In this document: positions 26,877-37,193 of the stretch, piece after piece
Layout of the letters: each line of letters starts with the position of its first letter
Position numbering within the stretch: position 1 is the stretch's first letter
Source of the DNA: Candidatus Kaiserbacteria bacterium
GTDB taxonomy: Bacteria; Patescibacteriota; Minisyncoccia; Phycocordibacterales; JABMNX01
Direction: 5' to 3'
Assembly (NCBI GenBank): GCA_016186705.1
Contig: JACPLB010000001.1
Span: forward strand, 11,106-75,105
DNA length: 64,000 bases
Program-made: the position numbers and the translations under genes
Notes under the pieces: generated by a model
Database searches by the model: none
What the model saw: only the letters and a program-made list of their open reading frames with translations
Told to the model about the DNA's origin: nothing

Positions 26877-29588
26877 ATGAAAAAAGACTCGGCGGTACTT
26901 TGGCACACAACTCCGGTTTCCGACGCCGTCAAGACGCTTGCGACAGACGCGGAAGAGGGACTTTCGACCGAAGAAGCAGAGATTCGCCTGCTTCGGTACG
27001 GAAGAAACGAGCTCCGCAAAAAGCGAACGCTCGGTTTTTTCGGCACTATTCTCAAGCAGTTTAGGAGTCCGCTTGTCGTTATTCTTCTTTTTGCCGGACT
27101 GACAACGCTTTTTTTGGGCGTATATCTCGACACACTCGTCATTTTCATCGCTCTTTTCATAAATGTTTTCATCGGTGCATTTCAAGAGCGGCGAGCGAAC
27201 CAAGCGTTTGACAAATTGAATGAGTCACAGGAGAAATTCGCGACAGTCGTCCGTGACGGGAAGCGGGCGATTATTTCGGCTGAAGAGCTTGTTCGGGGCG
27301 ATATTGTCCTGCTTGAGGGCGGTATGTACGTATCGGCAGACATGCGGCTTATTGAGGGCAACAATCTGTCCGTGAATGAGGCGATGCTCACAGGAGAGTG
27401 GATAGCGGTCATGAAGGACGCGGAACAGACTCTTAAGGAAGACACCCCGCTCGTTGAACGGAACAATATGGCATGGATGGGAACTTTGATTGCTTCCGGT
27501 TACGGGAAAGGGGTCGTTATTGAGACGGGGGAGGAAACGGAAATGGGGCACATTGCCTCGGCGCTTCAGAGTGTGGAGGAGCGTCCGACGCCGCTCCAGC
27601 AGAATGTGCGGCACATCGCTCGATTCCTCGTCTACATCATTTTGGCGGCAACGGCGGTTATCTTTCTTCTCGGAATTTTTCAGGGCGAGACGTTCACAAA
27701 CATGCTCTTGGTGTCTATCGCTATCGCGGTCGCCTCAATGCCCGAAGGGCTTCCCGCGGCGGTCACTATCGTTCTTGCAATCGGCATGGAATCAATCCTC
27801 AAGAAGGGAGGTCTTGTGCGGAATCTTCTTGCCGCGGAGACACTCGGCTCAACGACCATTATTCTTACGGACAAGACTGGGACCTTGACTGAAGCAAAGA
27901 TGAAACTCTCCGGGCTCTACACGCTTGACGGACTTGAGGCGCGGCACTCGGAAGCGGAAGGGGACAATCACATGCTCCTTTCCTCGGCGATTCTCATCAC
28001 AAACGCGTTCATTGAGCAGAAAGACGAAAGCGAGCATGAAGGCGGAGACAGGCACATTGTCATTCACGGAGACCCTATGGAAACGGCACTCGTCTCGTAC
28101 GGCATTGATGCCGGAGTAATGCGGGAGGGGCTCCTTGCCGAATCCCCGCGGCTTGATTTCCTAAAGTTTGAATCACATCGGCGTTTTGCCGCCTCGCTCC
28201 ATTCGCACAAAGGAAGCACCTCAAACGCGCTCTACTGTATCGGCGCGCCGGAGCTTTTGCTTGAGAGAGCATCACGAGTGTATTACAAAGGAAAAGAGAC
28301 AATTCTTACGCCCGAATCGCGGGCTCGATTTTTGCGGCGACAAAGCGCGTTGAGCGGTGAAGGCTATCGCGTCATTGCACTTGCTGTAAAGGAAGTCGGC
28401 TTTGACCGCATTCCGGCAGATATCGGAGAAAAAGAGAAGAAAGAAAAAAAAGAGGATGAACGGCTCAAAAACATTACGTTTATCGGTCTTATTGCATTCT
28501 CGGACCCTGTGCGCGTCGATGTGAAGGAATCAATACGCACCATGCAGGAGGCGAGCATACGCGTTGTCATGCTCACGGGAGACAACCCGCAGACCGCGCG
28601 GCACGTTGCGCTCCAGAGTGGCATTGCGAAGCCTGACCACGAGGTGCTCATCGGGAAGGACATAGAGCGTTATTCCGATGCTGAACTCTATAGAGCGCTC
28701 TTACGCGTGCCCGTGTTCGCGCGCGTATTGCCTGAACAAAAACTCCGCATTGCCCACGTGCTCAAGGACCACAAAGAGGTCGTTGCGATGACCGGAGACG
28801 GCGTGAACGATGCTCCCGCGCTCCAGAGCGCGGATATCGGGGTTGCAGTGGGAAGCGGAACCGAGGTTGCGAAAGCGGCGTCAGACATTGTGCTTCTTGA
28901 TAACAGCTTCTCCATCATCGGAAGCGCCATTGAAGAGGGCAGGCGGATTATTGATAATCTTAAGAAAATCGTTTCCTATCTTCTTTCAACGAGTTTCAGC
29001 GAGATATTCGTCATCGGAGGCGCGCTTGCGTTTGGGGCACCCTTGCCCCTTTTGCCAGGACAGATTCTCTGGGCGAATATCGTTGAAGAAGGGTTCATGA
29101 GCTTCGCATTTGCGTTTGAGAAAGCGGAAGACGGCGTCATGAAGCGCAATCCAAAAGATAATCTCTCAAAACACATCTTGACGAAACGCATCAAAAAGCT
29201 CATTGCCATTACAAGTGTCATTACGGGAGTGTTTCTTATCGTGCTTTATTTCGCGCTTCGTTCGCTCGAGCTTCCGATTGAGGAGATTCGCACGCTCATG
29301 TTCGTCGCGCTCTCGCTTGATTCAATTTTCTTCGCCTTCTCATTCAAAAATCTGCACCGTCCGATTTGGGATATACCACTTAAGAGCAACAAATATCTCT
29401 TTCGCGCGCTTTCCATCAGCGTCGTGCTCCTCATCGGCGCGGTGACGCTTCCGCCGCTCCAGGAACTTCTCTCTTTGGTTTCACTCTCGTTTGTTGAATG
29501 GTTGTTTCTTGCCGGCGTGGGTCTCTTCAACCTATTCATGATTGAGACGCTCAAGTATTTTATATTTGAGCGCGTGCGGGCAAGATGA
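26877..29588 (+). CDS. Cation-transporting P-type ATPase (type II, Ca2+-like)
   Basis: LTGE, PEGLP, DKTGTLT, TGDN, GDGVNDAP. Confidence 0.95.
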   Translation: MKKDSAVLWHTTPVSDAVKTLATDAEEGLSTEEAEIRLLRYGRNELRKKRTLGFFGTILKQFRSPLVVILLFAGLTTLFLGVYLDTLVIFIALFINVFIGAFQERRANQAFDKLNESQEKFATVVRDGKRAIISAEELVRGDIVLLEGGMYVSADMRLIEGNNLSVNEAMLTGEWIAVMKDAEQTLKEDTPLVERNNMAWMGTLIASGYGKGVVIETGEETEMGHIASALQSVEERPTPLQQNVRHIARFLVYIILAATAVIFLLGIFQGETFTNMLLVSIAIAVASMPEGLPAAVTIVLAIGMESILKKGGLVRNLLAAETLGSTTIILTDKTGTLTEAKMKLSGLYTLDGLEARHSEAEGDNHMLLSSAILITNAFIEQKDESEHEGGDRHIVIHGDPMETALVSYGIDAGVMREGLLAESPRLDFLKFESHRRFAASLHSHKGSTSNALYCIGAPELLLERASRVYYKGKETILTPESRARFLRRQSALSGEGYRVIALAVKEVGFDRIPADIGEKEKKEKKEDERLKNITFIGLIAFSDPVRVDVKESIRTMQEASIRVVMLTGDNPQTARHVALQSGIAKPDHEVLIGKDIERYSDAELYRALLRVPVFARVLPEQKLRIAHVLKDHKEVVAMTGDGVNDAPALQSADIGVAVGSGTEVAKAASDIVLLDNSFSIIGSAIEEGRRIIDNLKKIVSYLLSTSFSEIFVIGGALAFGAPLPLLPGQILWANIVEEGFMSFAFAFEKAEDGVMKRNPKDNLSKHILTKRIKKLIAITSVITGVFLIVLYFALRSLELPIEEIRTLMFVALSLDSIFFAFSFKNLHRPIWDIPLKSNKYLFRALSISVVLLIGAVTLPPLQELLSLVSLSFVEWLFLAGVGLFNLFMIETLKYFIFERVRAR

Positions 29589-29600
29589 TAAAATAATGGA

Positions 29601-30656
29601 ATGGATTTCACTTCTCTTGCGTTTCTTGTGTTCATCGTCGTCGCGCTCAACGCCCTTGTATTGTGGGTTATTTTCAGGCATACAAACGGAAAGCGGGGAG
29701 AAGGTGAGGGGATGCTCCTCATACAGAAAGACATTCAGGAATTGCGGAATACAGTTGACCGGAAGCTCGGAGAGAGCACGGAGCGCATTCACGAATCGGT
29801 CAAGGCGCAGTTGGGTGAGTCGGGGCGGCTCATCAAAGAAATCACGGAGGAACTCACGCACGTGAAGAACACGGGAAAGCGTGTTGAAAGCTTTGCCGAA
29901 CAGCTTCAGAACTTACAGGACATTCTCCAAAATCCGAAGCAAAGAGGTGTCTTGGGTGAGTACTATCTTGAGACCGTGCTTAAAAACGTGCTTCCGCCGG
30001 GAGGATTTCAGATGCAGTACCGGTTCTCCGACGGGGAAATCGTGGACGCCGTCATTTTTCTTGACAAGGGCAAAGTGCTTCCGATTGACTCAAAGTTTTC
30101 ATTGGAAAATTACAACCGCCTGCTTGAGACGCGCGACAAAGGCGAGCGCGAACGGCTCGTAAAGGCGTTCAAGGGTGATTTGAAAATGCGCATTGACGAG
30201 ACGGCGAAGTACGTCCGACCGTCGGAGAATACGATGGATTTTGCGTTCATGTTTATTCCGTCCGAAGGGGTATATTATGACCTCCTTGTGGGGCAGGTTG
30301 GTGAAATTTCCTCGCGGGACTTGATTGAGTACGCGTTCCAGCAGAAGAAGGTGATTATCGTCTCGCCGACTTCGTTCATGGCATATCTTCAGACCGTGAT
30401 GCAGGGGCTTCGTGCGCTTCAAATTGAGGAGTCGGCGAAAGAGATACGGAAACGCGTCGAGGAGCTTGGGCGGCACATCGGTAAGTATGACGATTTCATG
30501 CAAAAACTCGGAATAAACCTCGGCACAACGGTTAATTCATATAACACTGCGTACAAAGAGCTCAAGAAGATAGACAAGGATGTTTTGCGCATTAGTGGGG
30601 TCAATTCCGACATTGAGGTTTTGGAAGTAGGGAAGCCAGAGAGAGGAGAAGAATAA
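29601..30656 (+). CDS. rmuC: DNA recombination protein RmuC
   Basis: RGVLGE, PIDSKF, DFAFMFIPSE, VSPTS. Confidence 0.94.
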   Translation: MDFTSLAFLVFIVVALNALVLWVIFRHTNGKRGEGEGMLLIQKDIQELRNTVDRKLGESTERIHESVKAQLGESGRLIKEITEELTHVKNTGKRVESFAEQLQNLQDILQNPKQRGVLGEYYLETVLKNVLPPGGFQMQYRFSDGEIVDAVIFLDKGKVLPIDSKFSLENYNRLLETRDKGERERLVKAFKGDLKMRIDETAKYVRPSENTMDFAFMFIPSEGVYYDLLVGQVGEISSRDLIEYAFQQKKVIIVSPTSFMAYLQTVMQGLRALQIEESAKEIRKRVEELGRHIGKYDDFMQKLGINLGTTVNSYNTAYKELKKIDKDVLRISGVNSDIEVLEVGKPERGEE

Positions 30657-30748
30657 GAAACGCCTCATATACATGGGTTATTTATTTTGGCTTACAAAAG
30701 CCCTTTTTGGCTTGCCTTTTGAAGAGGTTTTCTGTATGATGGCACTCT

Positions 30749-31174
30749 ATGGCTGTTATACGAGAGATGAAAAAAAACGCACCCGTGAAAGATGTGGCAG
30801 GGAAAAAGACGGAGAAAAAGCCCGCCAAGAAAACCGTTAAAAAGGTGCGAAATACGGAGGAGTTTGCGGTTATTGAGACCGGCGGAAAGCAGTACGTCGT
30901 CACGGAAGGTGACGTGATTACGATTGAAAAGCTCTCGGGCGATTTTAAAGCGGGGGACAGAGTTACTTTTGATAAGGTACTTCTTGTTGATAACGGCAAG
31001 GACACGACTATCGGCACTCCGTACATCAAAGGAGCGAAAGTCGTCGGCTCATTTGAAGAGACAGGGAAGGGGAAGAAAATCTACATCATCAAGTTTAAAT
31101 CAAAATCTCGCTACGCACGGAAAGCCGGACATCGCCAGCCGTATACGAAGGTTCGCATAGAAGCGTTGAAGTAA
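30749..31174 (+). CDS. rplU: 50S ribosomal protein L21 with a Lys-rich N-terminal extension
   Basis: FAVIETGGKQY, GHRQPYT. Confidence 0.95.
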   Translation: MAVIREMKKNAPVKDVAGKKTEKKPAKKTVKKVRNTEEFAVIETGGKQYVVTEGDVITIEKLSGDFKAGDRVTFDKVLLVDNGKDTTIGTPYIKGAKVVGSFEETGKGKKIYIIKFKSKSRYARKAGHRQPYTKVRIEALK

Positions 31175-31234
31175 AAACAGAAACCGCCTCGCCAAGAGAA
31201 CGACAAGGTCGGTCTCTGTGGCAGGCGGGTAGAT

Positions 31235-31519
31235 TTAGAGAAGCCCCGCAAAAGGGGTGAAGTGCAGATTGCGGCTGATGTGCCGAAAGTTTTCCTCGTC
31301 ACCACCACCGACCACGATTTCGTCGGTAAGTAGGTTTTTCGGACCAAGGTCGACGACGATGACACTTGAGTCGTCGAGATGCTGTGTCACTTCCTGCCGG
31401 ACCTTTTCAGGAGGAACGGTCACCCTCCAAGGATGGAACGCCGGACATGCCGTGACTGAACCGTCGGGATTCTTGATAAGAGCCCCGAGGACGAAAGACC
31501 GCGAAAAGTTAAACTTCAT
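31235..31519 (-). CDS. Hypothetical protein (ORFan)
   Basis: SD GGAAGGAG before ATG 31519. Confidence 0.55.
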   Translation of the reverse strand: MKFNFSRSFVLGALIKNPDGSVTACPAFHPWRVTVPPEKVRQEVTQHLDDSSVIVVDLGPKNLLTDEIVVGGGDEENFRHISRNLHFTPFAGLL

Positions 31520-31586
31520 TTTTCGTTCTCCTTCCAAACTTAACCTTAGATATTTATATCACAAAAGTACACATAGAGCAATTTAT

Positions 31587-32195
31587 CTACACTCGATTTT
31601 TTAGGGCGTTTTTGATGGTTTCGGGGTCGGAGTATTCGAGTTCCAATCCGGTAGAGAGACCGCGCCCGAGCGTTGAGATTTTTATATCACTCTTTTTTAA
31701 GAGCGGTTCAAGCACTTTTCGCACATACTCCGCCGTATTCTCTCCGTCGGGATTTACGGAAAAGGCGAAAATGACTTCTTTAAGTCCGTCTTTCGCCCGC
31801 TTTTCCACTGTTTCAATCAACTCTTTCTCCCGAATCAATGTGCTGGGATTCTTATCAAGAATCGGCACGGTTCCGCCGATGACAAAATAGTAGCCGTCGT
31901 AATCTTTCGTCCGCTCTATATTATCAAGGTCAACGTCTTTTTGAACCAACATCAGAAGTTCTTTGTTGCGGTTCGCGTTGCCGCAGACAGAGCATATGTC
32001 GGCGCGGTTTGAGTGAAAACGAAAACACGACACGCATACTTTTGTGTCGTCTTTAAGCGTGCCAATAAGGCGCATGAGTTCCTGCCGGTAGCTCTGCGGA
32101 GAAGAGAGGAGAAAATAAACAAAACGCTCTGCTTGCCGGGGACCGATGCCGGGGAACTTGATAAACATCCTCATTAATTTTTGAATTGTATCCAT
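31587..32195 (-). CDS. recR: Recombination protein RecR
   Basis: PGIGPRQAER, C4 zinc finger, GENTA, GLELEYSD. Confidence 0.95.
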   Translation of the reverse strand: MDTIQKLMRMFIKFPGIGPRQAERFVYFLLSSPQSYRQELMRLIGTLKDDTKVCVSCFRFHSNRADICSVCGNANRNKELLMLVQKDVDLDNIERTKDYDGYYFVIGGTVPILDKNPSTLIREKELIETVEKRAKDGLKEVIFAFSVNPDGENTAEYVRKVLEPLLKKSDIKISTLGRGLSTGLELEYSDPETIKNALKNRV

Positions 32196-32199
32196 TGTG

Positions 32200-32230
32200 G
32201 AGCTTGTAGCTTTCAGGTTTTAGCTTTTAG
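32200..32230 (-). repeat. Heptamer AAGCTnn array upstream of recR
   Basis: Minus strand CTAAAAGCTAAAACCTGAAAGCTACAAGCT, then ATG. Confidence 0.75.
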
Positions 32231-32238
32231 GCAATGCG

Positions 32239-33600
32239 TTAGACACTTTCTTTCTCGGCGCCTCTAAAATCACTCTTCTCGATAGAAAGGAAGGTCGCTT
32301 TCTGCTCGTCAAAGTAGAGCTCGATTTTTCCGGTCGGTCCGTTTCGATGTTTTTCAACGAGAATTTCGGCAATGTTCGGGCGCTCTGAATTTTCGTTCAT
32401 CTTGTCGTCGCGGTGAATGAACATGACAACGTCCGCGTCCTGTTCAATGGAGCCGGAGTCGCGGAGGTCAGAGAGGCGCGGACGGCCACGGCGCTGTTCA
32501 ACCGCTCGGGAGAGCTGGGAGAGCGCAAGGACGGGGGTGTCGAGCTCTCGCGCCATGCCTTTAAGCGCTCGCGAAATTTCGGTCACTTGCTGAACCATTG
32601 AGTCGGACTGCCTGTTGTGCGTCGGCAAAATAAGCTGGAGGTAGTCAACGATGATGAGACCGAGGTCTTTCTCGTGTTTCAGGCGGCGCGCCACGGAGCG
32701 CATCTGAAGCACGTTGTTTGACGCTTTGTCGTCAATGTAAATCGGCGCTTGGGAGAGGGTGTGAAGCGCCGCCTGGAGCTTGTCAAACTCGTCTTGGGTC
32801 GTGAGTTTCCCCGTGCGGAGCTTCCAGGCGTTTACGTAGGATTGCGCGGCAAGCATGCGGTCAACGAGCTGTTGAGCGCTCATTTCAAGCGAGAAGATGC
32901 CAACGGGCGTCTTGTGGTGCACTGCGGCTTGCCGCGCGATATCAAGCGCAAGCGACGTTTTTCCCATTGACGGACGGGCGGCGAGAATAATGAGGTCTGA
33001 CTTCTGGAATCCCGCGAGGAGGTTGTCGAGCTCGCGAAAGCCGCTCTTGATGCCGCGAAGTTCGTCTTTAGATTGGTGGAGCCGTTCGAGCCGCTCCCAT
33101 GCTTCCGAGAGCGTGTCTTTCAGCGCGATGAATTTCTGGAGGGTAGGGGAGTTTGTAACTTCAAGTATTCTTGACTGCGCCGAGTCAAGCACGTGCTCGA
33201 TGTCGCTGTCTTCCTCGTATCCCAGTTCGGAGATGTTGTCCGCCGCCGAGATGAGGTTGCGCATCATTGATTTTTTCTGCACAATTTCCGCGTAGTGTTT
33301 GATGTTTGCCGCGGACGGAACAAAGTGCACAAGCTCCGAGAGATACGCGCCGCCGCCGATTTGTTCAAGCTGTTTTTTCTCTTTGAGTTTGGTTGAGAGC
33401 GAGAGGATGTCAATCGGCTCCGTTTTCTCGAGAAGTTCAAGCATGGAGCCGTAAATGACGCGGTGCTTTTCGCTGTAAAAAGAGTCCGGTTTTACTATCT
33501 CAATGATTTCATACATCACTTCGGGCTTCAGCATAATGGAGCCGAGGAGCGCTTTTTCGGCGTCGATGCTTTGCGGAGGAATGCGGAGGTCGCTTGCCAT
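32239..33600 (-). CDS. dnaB: Replicative DNA helicase
   Basis: ARPSMGKT, VDYLQL, LSQLSR, DSGSIEQDAD, KHRNGP. Confidence 0.97.
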   Translation of the reverse strand: MASDLRIPPQSIDAEKALLGSIMLKPEVMYEIIEIVKPDSFYSEKHRVIYGSMLELLEKTEPIDILSLSTKLKEKKQLEQIGGGAYLSELVHFVPSAANIKHYAEIVQKKSMMRNLISAADNISELGYEEDSDIEHVLDSAQSRILEVTNSPTLQKFIALKDTLSEAWERLERLHQSKDELRGIKSGFRELDNLLAGFQKSDLIILAARPSMGKTSLALDIARQAAVHHKTPVGIFSLEMSAQQLVDRMLAAQSYVNAWKLRTGKLTTQDEFDKLQAALHTLSQAPIYIDDKASNNVLQMRSVARRLKHEKDLGLIIVDYLQLILPTHNRQSDSMVQQVTEISRALKGMARELDTPVLALSQLSRAVEQRRGRPRLSDLRDSGSIEQDADVVMFIHRDDKMNENSERPNIAEILVEKHRNGPTGKIELYFDEQKATFLSIEKSDFRGAEKESV

Positions 33601-33696
33601 CCGAGCATTGTATCACAATGAAAATCACAGAGAATCTGGACACCGTGAGTATCATGTGTCTAGCGTGGGGACACCGTCTTCTTATTAGTTAGTTTT

Positions 33697-34629
33697 CTAA
33701 CTAATCCTTATAATTTGTTTACTAAATGTCGAATGAATATCTATATTTCCCGTGCCTTTTACAGCTTTTCCTATAACGTAAGATCCATCAATATTTTTTA
33801 TAACATTTTCAACTACATTTGAAGGTACGCTCAAAACAAAACCAACCCCGCAATTAAAAGTTCTGTACATTTCTTTGTCAGAAATGCCTCTAGAGTAGAG
33901 TTCATAGAATATATTTTGCGGCTTTCTTAAACCGTCTATAATCAAGTCCGTGTCTTTTGAAACATCCTGCAATTTAGTGAATGCTCCGCCGGTCAAGTGC
34001 ATCATTCCGTGGACTGGATATGTTTCGCATATATTCAACACCTCATCCAGATAAATTTTCGTTGGTTCTACAAATTCTTTCCTGAACTCATTTCCAAAAA
34101 CTTTCCTGACTTTAGTAAATCCGTTTGAATGTAAACCACCACTTTTAATACCAATAAGTACATCTCCATCATGTATCGCATTTAATTGAGGGTGTTTTAT
34201 AAATCCTGATACTGTCATGCTAATATCAAAACTTTTAGAAAAATTATGCACTGAAGTCTCACCTCCTGTTATTACAATCTTTCTCTTTAAACACTCCTTT
34301 GCAAGCGTCTCAATAATAAAAAGAATGATTTCGTGATTATCTTCTGGCAATACGATATGGTTTTGGAGTTTATACGGGTACGCCTTTACAAGCGCAAGAT
34401 CGTTTAGATTCATAGCGAGCGCATCAAGTACTGCGTTTTTGTACGTCTTTTCCCTCCAATGATATGCTGCTTTAGTGCCTATGCCGTCCGTGTGGTCAAC
34501 TTCTGTATAGTTGAATTTCCTCTCAAAAATTGGATATATCCCTCTGGTTATTTTTAAATATTGAGAATTCCAGGTCTTTTCTATAACGTTAAGAATCTGT
34601 TTCTTATACGGCTTACTAGTTTCATACAT
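33697..34629 (-). CDS. PurM-like AIR synthase-family protein (AT-rich, orphan)
   Basis: TDGIGTK, AMNLND, GGET, GLHSNGF, HLTGG, TFNCGVG. Confidence 0.85.
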   Translation of the reverse strand: MYETSKPYKKQILNVIEKTWNSQYLKITRGIYPIFERKFNYTEVDHTDGIGTKAAYHWREKTYKNAVLDALAMNLNDLALVKAYPYKLQNHIVLPEDNHEIILFIIETLAKECLKRKIVITGGETSVHNFSKSFDISMTVSGFIKHPQLNAIHDGDVLIGIKSGGLHSNGFTKVRKVFGNEFRKEFVEPTKIYLDEVLNICETYPVHGMMHLTGGAFTKLQDVSKDTDLIIDGLRKPQNIFYELYSRGISDKEMYRTFNCGVGFVLSVPSNVVENVIKNIDGSYVIGKAVKGTGNIDIHSTFSKQIIRIS

Positions 34630-34650
34630 ATAGAGAATAATGAAATTCCT

Positions 34651-36159
34651 TTATTTTTTGGTCAGTTCAGAACCTTCTTCCGTGTCTTTAATGTCGTATC
34701 CTTCTTTGGCGATTTTCTCCCGAAGGAGGTCCGCTGTCTTCCAATCCTTCTCTTCGCGCGCCGATTCGCGCTCTTTGACAAGCTCCTGCACTTCTCGGGG
34801 AGCTTCTTTAACCTCAACTTTCTTCGTCTCTCCGGCAAGCATCCTTTTCATCTGGCGGTGCGATTCTATGAAGCCGATACCTAATACGCGGTTCATGTCT
34901 AAAATCGTAGCGCGCTTGTCTCTTTTTTCTACAGCATTATCTTCAATGAGTTCAAAGAGAAGCGCAATAGCTTTCGGCGTATCAAGGTCGTCATTGACAA
35001 ATCTCTCAAACCGCTCCTGATATGACTTCACTACTACTCCATTGCTTGCGCCAAGGTCGAGAAATTGCTTGTGAAGCTTCACGAGAGCACTGTACGCTCC
35101 TTGAAGCGCCTCCCAGGTAAAGTTTAGCTGTGTGCGGTAGTGTCCCGTGAGGAGCCAGTAGCGGTACGCGAATGGAGGAAATCCGCGGTCGGCGAGGTGA
35201 TAGAGGTAAACAGTATTGCCGATAGATTTTGAAATCTTTTTTCCTTCAATGGTGAGAAACGCGCTGTGGAGCCAGTAATTTACGAACGGCTTTCCAGTGA
35301 GCGCTTCCGTCTGTGCGATTTCATTGTTGTGATGGACGGGGATATGATCCATTCCGCCGGTATGGATATCAAAATACTTGCCGAGATACTCTGTCGACAT
35401 CGCGCTGCATTCGATATGCCAACCGGGGAATCCGACGCCCCACGGGCTGTCCCATCCAAGTTTCTTTCCGGTTGAGGATTCTTCCGTTGAGAATTTCCAT
35501 AGTGCAAAGTCGCGCTCGTTGCGCTTACGTTTTCCTCCCTTAAGGCGCGAGACCCCGGTGTTCAGCTCTTTCGGCGTTCCTCCGAGCGCTCCGTATGTCT
35601 TAAACACTCCGGTGTCAAAGTACACGCCATCTTTGAGAATGTAGGCGTAGCCCTTTTCTTCAAGAGTTTTAATGAAAGCGATTTGCCCCTCAATGTGTTC
35701 ACTCGCTCGCGGAAAGGCGAGCGGCGTCTTGATGTTGAGGTCGCCTAGGTCCTTCTTGAACATCTTCGCGTACTTGGTTCCGACCTTTTTCATTTCCGCG
35801 AGTGTAACCGGCAATCCTTCCCGCCGGAGCGCGAGGAGCATTTTATCGTCGCCGGCATCCTCGTCCGAGGTGAGATGCCCGACGTCGGTAATATTGATAA
35901 CGTGCTTCACTGTGTAGCCGTTGTACTCAAGCGTCCTCCGGAGGATGTCGGAGAACACATACGGGCGGAGATTTCCTATATGGGCGCGGTCATACACCGT
36001 CGGCCCGCAACTGTACATACGAACGGAATCCGGCTTTATTGCCTGAAATTCGTCTTTCTTTTTTGAAAGCGTATTGAAGAGATACAGCGGAGAGCGTTTC
36101 ATACGCGTCCCGCCGGCTCGTGTGCCTTGTTTAAACAGAGAAAGAAAGTGAAAGTCCAT
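34651..36159 (-). CDS. cysS: Cysteinyl-tRNA synthetase (start may be 36102)
   Basis: CGPTVY, HIGN, DFALWK, PGWHIECS, KISKS. Confidence 0.96.
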   Translation of the reverse strand: MDFHFLSLFKQGTRAGGTRMKRSPLYLFNTLSKKKDEFQAIKPDSVRMYSCGPTVYDRAHIGNLRPYVFSDILRRTLEYNGYTVKHVINITDVGHLTSDEDAGDDKMLLALRREGLPVTLAEMKKVGTKYAKMFKKDLGDLNIKTPLAFPRASEHIEGQIAFIKTLEEKGYAYILKDGVYFDTGVFKTYGALGGTPKELNTGVSRLKGGKRKRNERDFALWKFSTEESSTGKKLGWDSPWGVGFPGWHIECSAMSTEYLGKYFDIHTGGMDHIPVHHNNEIAQTEALTGKPFVNYWLHSAFLTIEGKKISKSIGNTVYLYHLADRGFPPFAYRYWLLTGHYRTQLNFTWEALQGAYSALVKLHKQFLDLGASNGVVVKSYQERFERFVNDDLDTPKAIALLFELIEDNAVEKRDKRATILDMNRVLGIGFIESHRQMKRMLAGETKKVEVKEAPREVQELVKERESAREEKDWKTADLLREKIAKEGYDIKDTEEGSELTKK

Positions 36160-36162
36160 ACA

Positions 36163-37077
36163 TTACAGCCATTCCTTGTACTTGAAAAACATGAAGAAAA
36201 ATACCATGGCGAGGAGCATGATGCCGATGATGATCCAGAAATCAAGGGGGTGTCCGACAATGGGGAGGTATTTCGTATTCATGCCGAAAATAGTCGCGAC
36301 GAGCGAAAGCGGAAAGGTAACGAACGCCATGATGGTGAGCACTTTCATAACCTCGTTTTGCTTGGTTGAAACGAGGGAGTTATTGGTCTGTCGGAGCTCG
36401 TCAAGCGTCTCGATGTGCGAAGAAACGCTGTTTTTAATGCGGAAGTATTCGCCCATGATTGACGAGAGATGGTAGCTGAATTTTTCCCCGAAGAATGTTT
36501 TTCCGGCGTCACTGAAAGAGCTTAGTATTTCATGGTGGGGAACGAGCGCCTGTCTTAGATTGAGCAAATTTCTGCTTACGTTTGACAGCGCGACGACCAT
36601 CTCTTTTTCTTTCCCTTCGAAGATATCCTCCTCAATAATTCCGAGCGAATCTCCTATGTACTCAAGCTCGTGCTCAAGCGACTTATAGAGCTTCCGCACC
36701 ATGTAAAAGAAGAGGTAACCCGCATGCCCGCCGATGTCGCTTCGGTCAAGCACTGAATTAACCTCGAACACTTTTGAGAACTTGTGAAGCGGGTCAACGC
36801 TGTCGTAGCGGGTTGTGATGAGAAAATCTTTCCCGATAATGAAATCAATTTCCTGATTGGGGCTTGCGCCGTGCGTATGGCGAAAAGCGGGGAAGTGAAG
36901 AATGAGGTAAATGAAGTTCGGATACGCGTCTACTCGCGGTTTGAGCGTGGGGAGAAGAAGTTCTTCCGCGACCAGAGGGTCAATGCTGTATTTCTCCATG
37001 AGCTCCCTCACTTCTTCGGTAGAGGGAGACTCGACGTCAACCCACGTCAGGTGCTTGTGTTTGTACACAGTTATCAT
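36163..37077 (-). CDS. corA: CorA-family Mg2+ transporter
   Basis: GMN motif between two C-terminal TMs; KEWL end. Confidence 0.9.
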   Translation of the reverse strand: MITVYKHKHLTWVDVESPSTEEVRELMEKYSIDPLVAEELLLPTLKPRVDAYPNFIYLILHFPAFRHTHGASPNQEIDFIIGKDFLITTRYDSVDPLHKFSKVFEVNSVLDRSDIGGHAGYLFFYMVRKLYKSLEHELEYIGDSLGIIEEDIFEGKEKEMVVALSNVSRNLLNLRQALVPHHEILSSFSDAGKTFFGEKFSYHLSSIMGEYFRIKNSVSSHIETLDELRQTNNSLVSTKQNEVMKVLTIMAFVTFPLSLVATIFGMNTKYLPIVGHPLDFWIIIGIMLLAMVFFFMFFKYKEWL

Positions 37078-37193
37078 ACAAATCATTTTATACTACTCGT
37101 AACTAAATTCACAATATATCACTCGCGTATCCGTCTCAAAGATAAATTGACCGTCCGATATGATTTTGCGATAATGACTCGACATATATAAAT

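Noticed and set aside
32239-33600. Intein or intron in dnaB
   Set aside because: The gene has normal length (453 aa) with contiguous motifs.
33635-33680. 9-bp direct repeat GGACACCGT beside the purM-like gene as an insertion scar
   Set aside because: Both copies lie on the same side of the gene, and no matching repeat was seen at the other boundary.
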